The position numbers and the translations under genes are program-made. Below are positions 49,742-60,293 of a DNA stretch of 64,000 nucleotides, piece by piece; the first letter of the stretch is position 1; each line of letters starts with the position of its first letter. The notes under the pieces were generated by a model. The model saw only the letters and a list, made by a program, of their open reading frames with translations. It searched no databases and had not been told where the DNA came from. The stretch lies in NCBI GenBank assembly GCA_030834445.1, contig JAURFC010000001.1:216813-280812 (forward strand), in the 5' to 3' direction. Source of the stretch: Bacillota bacterium. Its GTDB lineage: Bacteria > Bacillota_I > Bacilli_A > RFN20 > CAG-826.

Positions 49742-51424
49742 ATGGCGTTAAACGCGTTTAATTCGGGTGTGTCTGTTTACGCACTCGGGGGACTAGGAGA
49801 AGTAGGAAAAAACACCTACTGTGTTGAATCTGACCAAACCTTGGTCATGATTGATGCAGGGGTTCGCTTTCCAGAAGAAGATTTACCAGGGGTGGATTAT
49901 GTCATTCCTGATTATTCCCATTTAAAAAACAATCAACGTAAACTCAAAGCACTCGTGATTACTCACGGCCACGAAGACCACATTGGTGGTGTTCCTTTTT
50001 TAGTCCAACATGTGTATATTCCGGTGATTTACGCACCGCGATTAGCGGCGGCATTTATCCGTCACAAATTACAAGATAATCGGATCAAAGAACCCGTAAA
50101 AATCGTTGAATATGAAGAAAATACCATTCTCAATATTGGCGAATTTAAAATTAGTTTCTTTTCGATGACTCACTCCATTCCCGATGCGTTTGGCGTGTGT
50201 GTCGATACGCCTGAAGGTCGCATTGCAACGACCGGGGATTTCAAAATCGATCTAACCCCTGTTGGCGCAGAAATAAACCTTGGTAAGATTGCCAAGTTAG
50301 GAACCGAAGGCGTTGATTTACTCTTATCAGACTCCACCAATGCAGAAATCGAAGGTTACACCCCAAGCGAACGCGCGGTTATTGGGGCCATCAATGATAT
50401 TTTTGAAAATGCCGAGGGACGCCTTATTATTTCTACGTTTTCGAGTAATATTTCGCGGATTCAACAAATCATTGAAGCGGCTGTTGCCTTTAAAAAGAAA
50501 CTTGTCATTATTGGTCGTTCCATGGAAAATGCGGTAAGTATGTCCCGTAAATTAGGGTATATTCGTATTCCCGATTCCTCCATTGTCCCCTCCGAAGACG
50601 TTCGCAGTCTCCGCCCCGAAGAAACGGTCATTATTTGTACCGGGTCGCAAGGGGAACCGATGGCAGCGCTTTCCCGAATTGCCAAAGGGGAACATCGCCA
50701 AGTGAAGATTATTCCGGGTGATACCGTTGTTTTTTCTTCAAGTCCAATCCCTGGTAATGGTTTAAGTATTAACCGCGTGGTAAATCAATTAACCCGTGCT
50801 GGTGCCAATGTGTTAACAAATTCTATTTTATTCAATGTTCACTCGTCCGGTCACCCTGCTCGTCAGGAACTACGCATTATGCTAAAACTCTTCCGACCCC
50901 GTTATTTTATGCCAATGCATGGAGAATATCGGATGTTAAAACTTCACGCAGAAATTGCCGAATCATTAGGCATGCCAAAAGATAACGCCTTTATTTGCCG
51001 CAATGGCGACACTTTAGTTTTGAAACGTAAAGAAGTAACACGCGGACCTAGCGTTCCTGCGGAAGCTGTTTACATTGATGGTAAAGACATTAATGGTTTA
51101 TCTACTGCGGTTATTCGAGACCGCAAAATCCTTTCGGATGATGGTTTAGTCTCTGTATCAATTGTCATTGATGCGAATCAAAATAAACTTCTCATCCCAC
51201 CTTCGATCACAGCATTAGGATTTGTATACAAAAGCTCTAATGATTTATTAAAACAAGCAGAAAAAAAACTTGGAGATCGCCTTGATGTCATCATGAAAAA
51301 TCGTACATCCTTTTCCGAATTGAAAAACACGATTAAAGATGTAGTCGGTCGTTACTTATTTATTAAAACCCAACGTAATCCGATGATTGTTCCTGTGATC
51401 ATGAATCGCAGTAAAGCGAATTAG
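49742..51424 (+). CDS. rnj: Ribonuclease J
   Basis: LGGLGEVGKN, THGHEDHIG, HSIPD, TGSQGEP, HSSGH, PMHGE. Confidence 0.96.
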   Translation: MALNAFNSGVSVYALGGLGEVGKNTYCVESDQTLVMIDAGVRFPEEDLPGVDYVIPDYSHLKNNQRKLKALVITHGHEDHIGGVPFLVQHVYIPVIYAPRLAAAFIRHKLQDNRIKEPVKIVEYEENTILNIGEFKISFFSMTHSIPDAFGVCVDTPEGRIATTGDFKIDLTPVGAEINLGKIAKLGTEGVDLLLSDSTNAEIEGYTPSERAVIGAINDIFENAEGRLIISTFSSNISRIQQIIEAAVAFKKKLVIIGRSMENAVSMSRKLGYIRIPDSSIVPSEDVRSLRPEETVIICTGSQGEPMAALSRIAKGEHRQVKIIPGDTVVFSSSPIPGNGLSINRVVNQLTRAGANVLTNSILFNVHSSGHPARQELRIMLKLFRPRYFMPMHGEYRMLKLHAEIAESLGMPKDNAFICRNGDTLVLKRKEVTRGPSVPAEAVYIDGKDINGLSTAVIRDRKILSDDGLVSVSIVIDANQNKLLIPPSITALGFVYKSSNDLLKQAEKKLGDRLDVIMKNRTSFSELKNTIKDVVGRYLFIKTQRNPMIVPVIMNRSKAN

Positions 51425-52206
51425 TTTTTCACAAAGGTTTTGCGAATCGTTTCAATATAACTGTGTCGTTTTTGATGCACAATTTTTAAGGCAATTCCAC
51501 TGAGGGAAACCGTGACGGAATCCACTATTTTTTCAGGTTTATAAAGTTGGTGATCATAGCCAAAAATCGCAGATTTGAAATCGCCTTTGAATGTAATTTT
51601 TCGGGTCGGATCGAGAACCAGTGAACTACCAAGACTTCGATACACATTGTTTTGGATTGACGCCATTTCAGTGAGCTGTAAGGTCGGTAAGCGTCCATCC
51701 ACAACACTGCCCCCTAAACTTTTGTTATACGCACTGGAGCCTAAGGTACTTGAAACAATTAATCCGGTACCACGAAACGTTTCTAAATGTTCTTGGTCAA
51801 TTTGCACATGCGTTACGAGCGTTTGAAAGGGATCTTCAACACGTACTTCGTTCACCGCATAAAAGGTTTGAGGTTGTTCTCCTTCTAACGTCATGCTCAG
51901 TAATGGGTAAGGTTTTGCAAGCGTTTGAAATATCGGAATATCCGAAAGTAGAGCTGGAATTTCGGTCGGACTGTATTCGCAAAAAAAGCCCAGAGATCCA
52001 GAGTGAATGCCAATGAAAATGACACTGGAAAGAATGGCTTGAAAGTGCTGAACGGCACGGAGGAAAGTTCCATCCCCACCGACAAAGAAAATGTATTCTG
52101 GGCGTTGATCATTATATTGATGCCCATCTGTTTCTAATTTTAGCCTTAAATCGTGACTGATTTTTTCTGAGGATGCGTCATCCCGTGCTACTATAGTAAA
52201 TGTCAT
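51421..52206 (-). CDS. nadK: NAD kinase
   Basis: GGDGTFL, G.LGF, NE, GSSAYNKSLGG. Confidence 0.93.
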   Translation of the reverse strand: MTFTIVARDDASSEKISHDLRLKLETDGHQYNDQRPEYIFFVGGDGTFLRAVQHFQAILSSVIFIGIHSGSLGFFCEYSPTEIPALLSDIPIFQTLAKPYPLLSMTLEGEQPQTFYAVNEVRVEDPFQTLVTHVQIDQEHLETFRGTGLIVSSTLGSSAYNKSLGGSVVDGRLPTLQLTEMASIQNNVYRSLGSSLVLDPTRKITFKGDFKSAIFGYDHQLYKPEKIVDSVTVSLSGIALKIVHQKRHSYIETIRKTFVKN

Positions 52207-52270
52207 AACGTATCCTTTTTGACTCCTATGCGCCTTATTTTATCATAAGAAAAGAAATCGAGGAAAAGCC

Positions 52271-52843
52271 ATGTCCACAAACATTGAAATTGAAGCGAAA
52301 ATTCTTGTCAGTGAAAAAGAATTTCAAACGATTAAGTCCTTTCTTCAACTAGAAACAATCACGCCGATCACTCAAACAAATTACTACATTGATAGCAACG
52401 AAGGAAGTTTACGAAACTACGGTTTTGCCTTACGCATTCGCGCCATTCGTTCTCAATATACTCTCACCTTAAAATCCCCGATGGCGGAAGGTACCCTTGA
52501 AAAAAACCAAGTCATTTCTGAAAAAGCTTATCTTGCCTTACGTCAGCAACAACAATTTCCCCAAGGTGAAATTCATGAATTTTTAACGATGTTCGGCTTT
52601 AAAACATCTACGCTACAAATTATTGCCGAATTAACAACTGATCGAATTGATACGACCTATCAAGGGCAACATCTTTGTTTAGATATCAACCACTATAATG
52701 GCCAAACAGATTACGAAATTGAAAGTGAACAGTCCTCATTAAAATATGCTGCTGAAACACTTAAACAACTTTGTGAAGTAACCCAAATTTCCTATCAAGA
52801 AAATCACGTTTCTAAATACGCTCGTGCATTAAAAAGTTTATAA
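52271..52843 (+). CDS. CYTH domain protein (YjbK-like)
   Basis: IEIEAK, QTNYYID, ALRIR, TLK, DYEIE, SKYAR. Confidence 0.88.
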   Translation: MSTNIEIEAKILVSEKEFQTIKSFLQLETITPITQTNYYIDSNEGSLRNYGFALRIRAIRSQYTLTLKSPMAEGTLEKNQVISEKAYLALRQQQQFPQGEIHEFLTMFGFKTSTLQIIAELTTDRIDTTYQGQHLCLDINHYNGQTDYEIESEQSSLKYAAETLKQLCEVTQISYQENHVSKYARALKSL

Positions 52844-52853
52844 GAAAATATTT

Positions 52854-53276
52854 TTATTCAGCCGTATCAGATTCGTTATCTAAAGGGGAGTTAAATCCTG
52901 TTTTGGCTAATTCTTTATACCGTCGGCTAATCGGAATAAAGGTGCGAATTTCTTCTTCGTTATATCCAACTTGAACCCGTCGATCGTCCACCATAATGGG
53001 ACGTTTAAGAATCGAAGGATTTTGCCGTATAAATTTTAGCAGTTCGGAGATTGACATCGATTCAACATCGATATTTTGATCTTTAATGATTTTACTACGG
53101 GTTGAGATAATGTCTTCGGTCCCATTTTCAGTCTTGGACAACATATCTTTAAGTTCCGTTTCGTTAAGGGTTGCCGAAAAGATATTCCGTTCTTCAAAGG
53201 GAATATTTTCCATTTCGAACCACTTTTTTACTTTACGACAGCTCGAACAACTCGGCGACGTATAAATTCGGACCAA
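52854..53276 (-). CDS. spx: Spx/MgsR family transcriptional regulator
   Basis: YTSPSCSSCRK, ENGTEDIISTRS, LKRPI, VGYNEEEIR; TTG start after GGAGG. Confidence 0.92.
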   Translation of the reverse strand: MVRIYTSPSCSSCRKVKKWFEMENIPFEERNIFSATLNETELKDMLSKTENGTEDIISTRSKIIKDQNIDVESMSISELLKFIRQNPSILKRPIMVDDRRVQVGYNEEEIRTFIPISRRYKELAKTGFNSPLDNESDTAE

Positions 53277-53386
53277 TGGCTTTTCGCCTCCCGTCAACGT
53301 AATTATACGCTTAATTCAAAAATAAACCTAATCATCACGGAAAAGATTTGCTAAAATGGAAATTGAACCGCACGTAGAGAAATGAT

Positions 53387-54367
53387 ATGGCAAGAGTATT
53401 AAGTGGAATAAAGCCGACGGGAACGCTCACCTTAGGAAATTATATTGGCGCATTAAAACGTTTTCCTGCGTTTCAAACTTTACATAACTCCTTTATTTTT
53501 ATTGCCGATTTACATGCTTTAACCTTACCGATTGATCCTGAAGTCCTAAAAAAGAATGCATTTGATCTAGCTGCATTTTACTTAGCAGCCGGTTTAGACC
53601 CAGAAAAAACAACCCTTTTTTTACAATCCCAAGTGAGTGCCCATGCTGAACTCAATACCATCCTCACGAATTATGCTTATATGGGTGAAATGGCACGCAT
53701 GACACAATTTAAAGAAAAGAGTGAAGCGAAAAAAGAACAAACGATTGGCTTGGGTTTATTTACCTATCCTGTACTTATGGCAGCGGATATTTTACTCTAT
53801 GATGCGGAAATTGTCCCTGTGGGTGAGGACCAACGTCAACACGTGGAATTAACAAGGGATCTTGCTCAACGCTTTAATCATCGCTATGGTGACGTCCTTG
53901 TCATGCCAAAGGCGGAACTTTCCAAAGTAGGAGCTCGTGTGATGTCGTTATCCGATCCAACCAAAAAAATGTCGAAGTCCGATCCGAAAGGAAACATTGA
54001 GCTAAGCGAAGATTTAGCCAGCGTACGTAAAAAAATCATGAGTGCGGTCACCGATTCGGACACAATTGTTCGCTACGATGTCGCACAAAAACCTGGTATT
54101 AGTAATCTCATGACGATTTATGCAAGTTTAAAAGAAACCTCCCTTGATAATGTCGAAAAAACCTTCGCGAGTCAAACATATGGAGCGTTTAAAAAAGCGG
54201 TAGCCGATGTCGTTTGTGAAGAACTTCAACAATTACAACAACGTTATCAGTCTATTGTCGCTTCAGGACTCGTTCACCATGTTTTAAAGCAAGGCGCGCA
54301 ACGTGCACAAAGCATTGCCAATGCCACCCTTCAACGCGTGAAAGCCGCTGTCGGTTTATGGCTGTAA
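53387..54367 (+). CDS. trpS: Tryptophan--tRNA ligase
   Basis: SGIKPTG.LTLGNY, YPVLMAADI, VPVGEDQ.QH, KMSKS. Confidence 0.97.
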   Translation: MARVLSGIKPTGTLTLGNYIGALKRFPAFQTLHNSFIFIADLHALTLPIDPEVLKKNAFDLAAFYLAAGLDPEKTTLFLQSQVSAHAELNTILTNYAYMGEMARMTQFKEKSEAKKEQTIGLGLFTYPVLMAADILLYDAEIVPVGEDQRQHVELTRDLAQRFNHRYGDVLVMPKAELSKVGARVMSLSDPTKKMSKSDPKGNIELSEDLASVRKKIMSAVTDSDTIVRYDVAQKPGISNLMTIYASLKETSLDNVEKTFASQTYGAFKKAVADVVCEELQQLQQRYQSIVASGLVHHVLKQGAQRAQSIANATLQRVKAAVGLWL

Positions 54368-55173
54368 AACCTCATTTGATTGCCCTTGATTTAGATGGCA
54401 CCCTCTTAACGTCTCAAAAAACAATTGATCGTTCGACTGCTGCCTATTTACGAAAATTAAGTAAACAACATTATATTGTACTTGCATCAGGTCGACCCTA
54501 TCGATCGTTAATTAAATACTATGATCAACTGCAACTAAAGACACCACTTGTTTGCTACAACGGTGCTTTTGTTACGTATCCTCACCATCCCGAACGAAAG
54601 GATATTGCCTTCGAATTTCCCCAAGATGTCGTCAAAACCATTTACCGGGATGTCGGTCATGAGATTCTTGATAATATTATGTGCGAAACCAATCATGATA
54701 TTTGGTTACTCCAAGAGGAACATGGTCTAGCTGATTTTTTCTGGCACGACAACATGCGGATGAATTATGGACCCCTTGATCAAACGCTTTTTGAAAACCC
54801 GATGACGATGATTATTAAATCCAAAGAGCGAAACGAAGAAGCCGATCAAATCATCCGCGATGCTGTCGCTAAACATCCAGGGTTATCCGTCCGCTTTTGG
54901 GGGGATTCTGTTTATTCAGAAATTTATTATTCTCACATTTCCAAAGGATCCGCACTACAAAAACTTTTAGACGAATTTCAACTTCCTTTATCCCAATTCA
55001 TCGCTTTTGGCGATGCAGAAAATGATCGAGAAATGCTTAGTCTCTCCCCCCATAGTTTTGCCATGAAAAACGCGGTAGAATCAATGAAAAAAGTGGCAAA
55101 TAAAATCACTCGTTTTGATAATGATCATCACGGTATTCGTGAAGAACTCATGCAATTTTTTAAAGAAGATTAA
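54358..55173 (+). CDS. Cof-type HAD-IIB hydrolase
   Basis: DLDGTLL, ASGR, SKG, FGDAEND. Confidence 0.92.
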   Translation: MAVKPHLIALDLDGTLLTSQKTIDRSTAAYLRKLSKQHYIVLASGRPYRSLIKYYDQLQLKTPLVCYNGAFVTYPHHPERKDIAFEFPQDVVKTIYRDVGHEILDNIMCETNHDIWLLQEEHGLADFFWHDNMRMNYGPLDQTLFENPMTMIIKSKERNEEADQIIRDAVAKHPGLSVRFWGDSVYSEIYYSHISKGSALQKLLDEFQLPLSQFIAFGDAENDREMLSLSPHSFAMKNAVESMKKVANKITRFDNDHHGIREELMQFFKED

Positions 55174-56872
55174 GACGATACTGTTGAAAAAAAGCATTCT
55201 TTAATTCGGTAATTCGATCATCCACGTGGGCATCATGTTGACTCACGACTGAGATATAAAATTTACATTTAGGTTCTGTTCCCGAAGGACGAATCACAAT
55301 CGTTGAACCATCTTCATACGTAATTTTAATCACATTCGCTTGCGGTAAATTAATCGTACTTCGATGATGATCAAAGGTTTTCTTTTCTTGATGCCAATAA
55401 TCTTCAAAAAGGACGACTTTACGGTCGCCAATGGGTTGAAAGGGGGTTTTACGAATGGAAGCCATCAACGTTGCAAGTAAGGTTTGTCCTTCTTCCCCTT
55501 TTAAGGCAATTGAAAATTGTTGGTCAGCATGATAACCAAACCGTTGGAATAAGGAGGCAATGACATCATCCAGTCGGCGCCCTTGGGAGAGATGAAACAA
55601 CGTCATTTCTGAATAAAGTAATAAAGCTTGTAGTGCATCTTTATCTCGTACAAAAGGACCAACAAGACACCCATAGGATTCTTCATACCCAAACACGAAG
55701 GTAGGTCCAGCATTCTCTTCGTAAAATTGAATGCGGTCCCCGATAAATTTAAAACCCGTGAGAAACGATTCAACCTGAACGCCATAGGATTCGGCAATTC
55801 GCTTGGCAAATGGCGAGCAAACAACTGTGTCATACATAACAGGGTTTTCCGGCATTTTATGCAATGCTCTCTTTTGGGAGAATAAATAATCTGCTAATAA
55901 GGCCCCTGAAAGATTGCCATTTAATAATTGATAGGTCCCTTGACGGTCTAAATAGGCAATCCCCACGCGGTCTGCATCCGGATCGGATACTAAAATTAAA
56001 TCCGCTTTATGTTTTTTGGCGTACGCTAAGGCAAGCTTGTAGGCTTTGGGTTCCTCAGGATTGGGTGATTCTGTCGCCGAAAAGTTCGGGTCTACATGCA
56101 TTTGTTCTTCAACAGGAATAAGGGTATAACCCACCGATGAAAATAAGGTTGGCACTAAACGGTACCCTGTACCATGTTGGGGACTATAAACTATCTTCAT
56201 CGAGGCTTGATCGAGTTCGGGATGAAGTTGTAATGCGTGGATGGCTTGAAGATACGTTTTTTCAACATCATCACTTAATGTGACTATTGCAGCGGGTTTG
56301 TCCACAACCGGTAACGTGATTTCTAAGGCATCGGGTAAGGCTTCAAGTTGGCGAATGACTTGTTGAATTTTATAGGGAACGAGTTGACAACCATGCTCAT
56401 CATACACCTTAAAACCATTATGTTCTTTGGGGTTATGGGACGCGGTTAACATCACACCGCCAATGGCATGTTGATAACGAACAGCATAAGAAAGTAAGGG
56501 TGTTGGAACAAGTTCGGGAAAAACAAAAGCAGGAATGCCGAGTTGAATAAGGATTTTCGCCGTTAATTGAGTATATTCTACTGCATTAAGACGATTGTCA
56601 TGGCCAATAACGACCCCGCGTTGATACGTTTGAGGAAACGTTGTTTTTAAATATAAGCCAAAGGCATAGGCCACTTTTCGAATGGTAAAATAATTAATGC
56701 GATTCGTTCCTGGACCCATAATACCGCGCATCCCAGCGGTTCCAAATTCAATGTCTTTAAAGAACGCATCATCTGCTTCTTTTTCTGAGTAAGCTCGGAT
56801 AACCTCTTTGTCGGCGTCAGTGACATGTGCCGAGGAAAGCCACGTGTTCATTTTTTCGTGTATCATTTTCAC
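55160..56872 (-). CDS. pgm: Phosphoglucomutase/phosphomannomutase
   Basis: FGTAGMRG, TASHNP, DPDADR, GYEESYG, RPSGTEPK. Confidence 0.92.
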   Translation of the reverse strand: MKMIHEKMNTWLSSAHVTDADKEVIRAYSEKEADDAFFKDIEFGTAGMRGIMGPGTNRINYFTIRKVAYAFGLYLKTTFPQTYQRGVVIGHDNRLNAVEYTQLTAKILIQLGIPAFVFPELVPTPLLSYAVRYQHAIGGVMLTASHNPKEHNGFKVYDEHGCQLVPYKIQQVIRQLEALPDALEITLPVVDKPAAIVTLSDDVEKTYLQAIHALQLHPELDQASMKIVYSPQHGTGYRLVPTLFSSVGYTLIPVEEQMHVDPNFSATESPNPEEPKAYKLALAYAKKHKADLILVSDPDADRVGIAYLDRQGTYQLLNGNLSGALLADYLFSQKRALHKMPENPVMYDTVVCSPFAKRIAESYGVQVESFLTGFKFIGDRIQFYEENAGPTFVFGYEESYGCLVGPFVRDKDALQALLLYSEMTLFHLSQGRRLDDVIASLFQRFGYHADQQFSIALKGEEGQTLLATLMASIRKTPFQPIGDRKVVLFEDYWHQEKKTFDHHRSTINLPQANVIKITYEDGSTIVIRPSGTEPKCKFYISVVSQHDAHVDDRITELKNAFFQQYRLNLL

Positions 56873-57831
56873 GCATTTAATTTTAACAAAAAACCTTGGT
56901 CAATTTCATCCAATTCAATTGTAAATTTTTTTTCACTAATCCCAGATAAGACACCCGTCAATTTAGGAAAAACTATCGCATAGGCGTGTAAAAACATGGC
57001 TTCATAACCATAGTTTTTTTTCACGGCAAGATTTTTTTGAAAATCTCCATATTTTTGATCGCCAACTACAGGATGTTGAAAGGCTTTCATGTGGACACGA
57101 ATTTGGTGCGTTCTTCCTGTGATGATTTCCACATTGAGTAAGGAAAAATCTTGAATATGTTTAACGACATCATAACGTGTAATTGCCGTCATGCCTTCTT
57201 CATCGTCACCCGCAACATACACCATTTTTTTATCACTGTCTTTGGTGAGATTATAGGTCAATTCACCGGCTTTATCGACATAACCATGAACGAGGGCATA
57301 ATAAAATTTCCGTAATTGATGGGATTTAAAGATGTTTTGAAGTGCCTGTAAACTTTCAACCGTTTTTCCATAGACAATGAGGCCACCCGTTTGTCGATCG
57401 AGGCGATGGGCGGGGGCAGGCAATGAACCCATGACGTGATCCGTCAGTTCACCTTGATACACCATGTATGCTTGAACTTCGGTCGTCAGCGTAGTTTCTG
57501 AAAGTTTCCCTTCACCCTGAACAAGCACACCTTTGGGTTTTTGAATAATTAGGACATGGCTATCTTCATAAATAATGTTGTACGGTAGTTTTTTGGGTTG
57601 TAAGCGACGTTGTACCGAAAAATCAGCATATTGTTCTTCTTTAAGGTAGACCGTGACTAGATCACCCTGCTTTAAGATATACTCTGGTTTAACCCATTTT
57701 CCATTCACTTTGATTTCTTTTTTGCGAAATAACTTATAAATAAAACTTAATGGGGCTTCTTCAAGCCATTTTCGCATAAATTTATCGATGCGTTGATGAG
57801 CATTTTGGGGTTCGATTGTGGTTTGTTTCAT
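56869..57831 (-). CDS. RluA/RluC family pseudouridine synthase with S4 domain
   Basis: QRIDKF, KPKG, HRLDRQTGG, TGRTHQIRVH, GDQKYG, LHA. Confidence 0.93.
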   Translation of the reverse strand: MKQTTIEPQNAHQRIDKFMRKWLEEAPLSFIYKLFRKKEIKVNGKWVKPEYILKQGDLVTVYLKEEQYADFSVQRRLQPKKLPYNIIYEDSHVLIIQKPKGVLVQGEGKLSETTLTTEVQAYMVYQGELTDHVMGSLPAPAHRLDRQTGGLIVYGKTVESLQALQNIFKSHQLRKFYYALVHGYVDKAGELTYNLTKDSDKKMVYVAGDDEEGMTAITRYDVVKHIQDFSLLNVEIITGRTHQIRVHMKAFQHPVVGDQKYGDFQKNLAVKKNYGYEAMFLHAYAIVFPKLTGVLSGISEKKFTIELDEIDQGFLLKLNA

Positions 57832-57894
57832 AACCCAAACATTTTAGCATTTATCTCTCCCTAACGCTTGTGATTTTGTTATAATCATTATCAC

Positions 57895-57985
57895 GGAGAA
57901 ATACCCAAGAGGCTGAAGGGGCAGGCTTGGAAAGCTTGTAGGTCCGTAACAGGGCGCGAGGGTTCAAATCCCTCTTTCTCCGCCA
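57895..57985 (+). tRNA. tRNA-Ser(GGA)
   Basis: GGAGAAA acceptor stem, CAGGC-TTGGAAA-GCTTG, long variable arm, GCCA; TGTTATAAT promoter upstream. Confidence 0.95.
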
Positions 57986-58008
57986 TTCCATCACCAATAA
58001 CCATTCAC

Positions 58009-58785
58009 ATGAATTTCCTCTTTGCCTTCCTTCTTACCATCCTTGCGGGTCTTGCAACAGGCCTCGGTGGTTTAATCGCGTTTACGAAATTTGCCAAACG
58101 CAAAACGTTTTTATCGTTCAGCCTTGGATTTTCTGCAGGCGTCATGCTTTATGTCTCGTTTGTTGAAATTTTACCAAAAGGCATCGCTGCCCTTGAAAAT
58201 ACTGTTTTTGAAAATGATGCCGTTTTATACGGAACGCTAGCCTTTTTTGTCGGGATCGGAGTGATTATGCTTATTGATCAATTCATTCCCTCAAAAATAA
58301 ATCCTCACGAGATAAAGGATGAAAAGACGTCGCATCAATCCTTACTTCGTATGGGAATTTTCACCGCATTCGCGATTGCACTCCACAACTTACCGGAAGG
58401 TTTAGCCACACTATATGCAGGATTGAGTGATGCACGACTTGGTATTAGTGTTACCCTTGCCATAGCGTTACACAATATTCCCGAAGGGATCGCTGTCGCC
58501 ATTCCCATTTTTCAAGCCACCCAACAAAAAGGAAAATCATTCCGTTATGCATTTTTATCCGGTTTAGCAGAACCCATCGGCGCGATCATCGGTTTTGCGA
58601 TTTTTTCAACGCTCTTTCCTGCCGAATGGTTTGGTTTAATTTTTGCCTTTGTCGGAGGCATTATGGTTTATATCTCTTTAGATGAATTATTACCGACGGC
58701 TGAAAAATATGGATACCATCATTTATCCATTCTTGGTTTAGTCTTAGGCATGGCCATGATGGCGACGTCATTATTACTTTTTTAA
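58009..58785 (+). CDS. zupT: ZIP family zinc transporter
   Basis: GFSAGVMLYVSFVEI, LHNLPEG, LHNIPEG, SGLAEP, DELLP. Confidence 0.93.
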   Translation: MNFLFAFLLTILAGLATGLGGLIAFTKFAKRKTFLSFSLGFSAGVMLYVSFVEILPKGIAALENTVFENDAVLYGTLAFFVGIGVIMLIDQFIPSKINPHEIKDEKTSHQSLLRMGIFTAFAIALHNLPEGLATLYAGLSDARLGISVTLAIALHNIPEGIAVAIPIFQATQQKGKSFRYAFLSGLAEPIGAIIGFAIFSTLFPAEWFGLIFAFVGGIMVYISLDELLPTAEKYGYHHLSILGLVLGMAMMATSLLLF

Positions 58786-60249
58786 ATAAACAATCTGATC
58801 GTCAACAATGGTCATGGTTACATGGGCATCATAGATGCGCTTGGGTTCTGCATAAAAATCAACATTAAAAACGGTAAAATCCGCGATAAATCCTGGTTTT
58901 AGTTGGCCTCGTTCATGGGTTTTATACGTCGGGACATTTGCCCAATCCGTATAAAGATGAATCGCCTCTTCCATGGTTAAACATTCGTCTTTACCGTAGT
59001 TTTTTTCATCATGGTCACTCGTACGGAAGACTGCAGCGATGACGCCTTTTAAAGGATTTGGTGGTTCTACTGGAGCGTCACTCCCCCCACAAAGAATAAG
59101 TCCATGTTGATGGTAGGTTTTCCAAGGATATATGAGTTCGGTTTGCTCAGGTAATAATGCATATCCCCACGGTAAATCACTGCTTAAAAATTGCGGTTGA
59201 ATATCAAGAATTATGGGTAATTTTTTTAAATATTCAAGTGTTGCTTTCATCGCGAAAGAGGCGTGAATGATGCGGTCATGCTGCCCTGTTTGCGGGGGAT
59301 ATTTTTCTAACCACTTGGAAACCTCCTCTAACGCTAAATCACCGATGGTATGTAAGGCGACAGGGAGGCGATGCGTGCGCATTGTTTTTAGAACGTTCTC
59401 AAAGGCCTCGGGTGGCATAATGCGTTCACCGTAATGCGATTGCTTGGGATAAGGATGGGCCATCAACGCGGTTTGACTGGATAAGGTACCATCATAAAAG
59501 ATTTTGACGGCACCCAGTTGTAAGTAAGGCGATTGATCTAACCATGGGCGACCACTTTGAATAAAACCTTTCACTTCTTCATGATGTATCAATAAATGGG
59601 CACGAAAGGGTTTTCTCTTTAATGCTTCTTCAAAAGCTTCAACGGTGTCTTTAAAGCCATTAAAATAATGCAAATCGTCAGAGTGACCTCCGGTAATACC
59701 ATAAGCATGCAGACTTTCAATCGCATTGGAAATCATCGTTGTCAGGGTTTGGTTGGAATGGCGCGGCATCGCAAACAAGGCTTTGGCGGCGTCCAGTTCA
59801 TGTAATATTCCATTCGATTCGGTTGTACCAATACGATTTAATAAAACTGAATTGACGGTTGCACTATGGTAATCGGCATGTCGAACAAGAATGGGCTGCG
59901 TTGTACTAATCGTATCTAAATCAGACTTTGTTAACCCGATATCGTGGTAGCCTTGCACGTACAAAGGTTGGCCTTGGAATGCATTTTGAATCGTTGCTAA
60001 AATTAATGCTTTATCCGTTAACTTATTGAGATTGGGTAACGTTAAACGTTCCCCATAGCCTGCAATATGTAAATGCGCATCCACCCACCCTGGATAAAGT
60101 ATGCCTCCCTGGAGATCAACCACCTTATCAGCACGAAGGGATTGAGGTCCGAGCGCGATAATCGTTCCATTTTCTGTGTAAAATTCACGAACAAATTCAC
60201 GGGAAGCGGTTAAGGTGTAACAAACGCCATTTTTATAATGGGTAATCAT
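58774..60249 (-). CDS. Amidohydrolase 3 family protein (YtcJ-like)
   Basis: PGWVDAHLH, KIFYDG, HTIGD, RIIHA, GSDAPV, G.L.PG..ADF. Confidence 0.9.
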   Translation of the reverse strand: MITHYKNGVCYTLTASREFVREFYTENGTIIALGPQSLRADKVVDLQGGILYPGWVDAHLHIAGYGERLTLPNLNKLTDKALILATIQNAFQGQPLYVQGYHDIGLTKSDLDTISTTQPILVRHADYHSATVNSVLLNRIGTTESNGILHELDAAKALFAMPRHSNQTLTTMISNAIESLHAYGITGGHSDDLHYFNGFKDTVEAFEEALKRKPFRAHLLIHHEEVKGFIQSGRPWLDQSPYLQLGAVKIFYDGTLSSQTALMAHPYPKQSHYGERIMPPEAFENVLKTMRTHRLPVALHTIGDLALEEVSKWLEKYPPQTGQHDRIIHASFAMKATLEYLKKLPIILDIQPQFLSSDLPWGYALLPEQTELIYPWKTYHQHGLILCGGSDAPVEPPNPLKGVIAAVFRTSDHDEKNYGKDECLTMEEAIHLYTDWANVPTYKTHERGQLKPGFIADFTVFNVDFYAEPKRIYDAHVTMTIVDDQIVYLKK

Positions 60250-60263
60250 AGCGTAAGTTTAAC

Positions 60264-60288
60264 AAAAAAAGTGCCTTTCGGCACTTTT
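60264..60288 (-). terminator. Intrinsic terminator
   Basis: AAAAGTGCC-GAAA-GGCACTTTTTTT on the minus strand. Confidence 0.8.
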
Positions 60289-60293
60289 CATGT

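Noticed and set aside
53298-53386. Expected T-box upstream of trpS
   Set aside because: The region is too short and has no GGTGGNACC motif; none was seen before proS either
57962-57985. Sequence identical to 43812-43835 as a possible attL/attR pair
   Set aside because: Both copies belong to complete tRNA-Ser genes, and the intervening DNA is core genes
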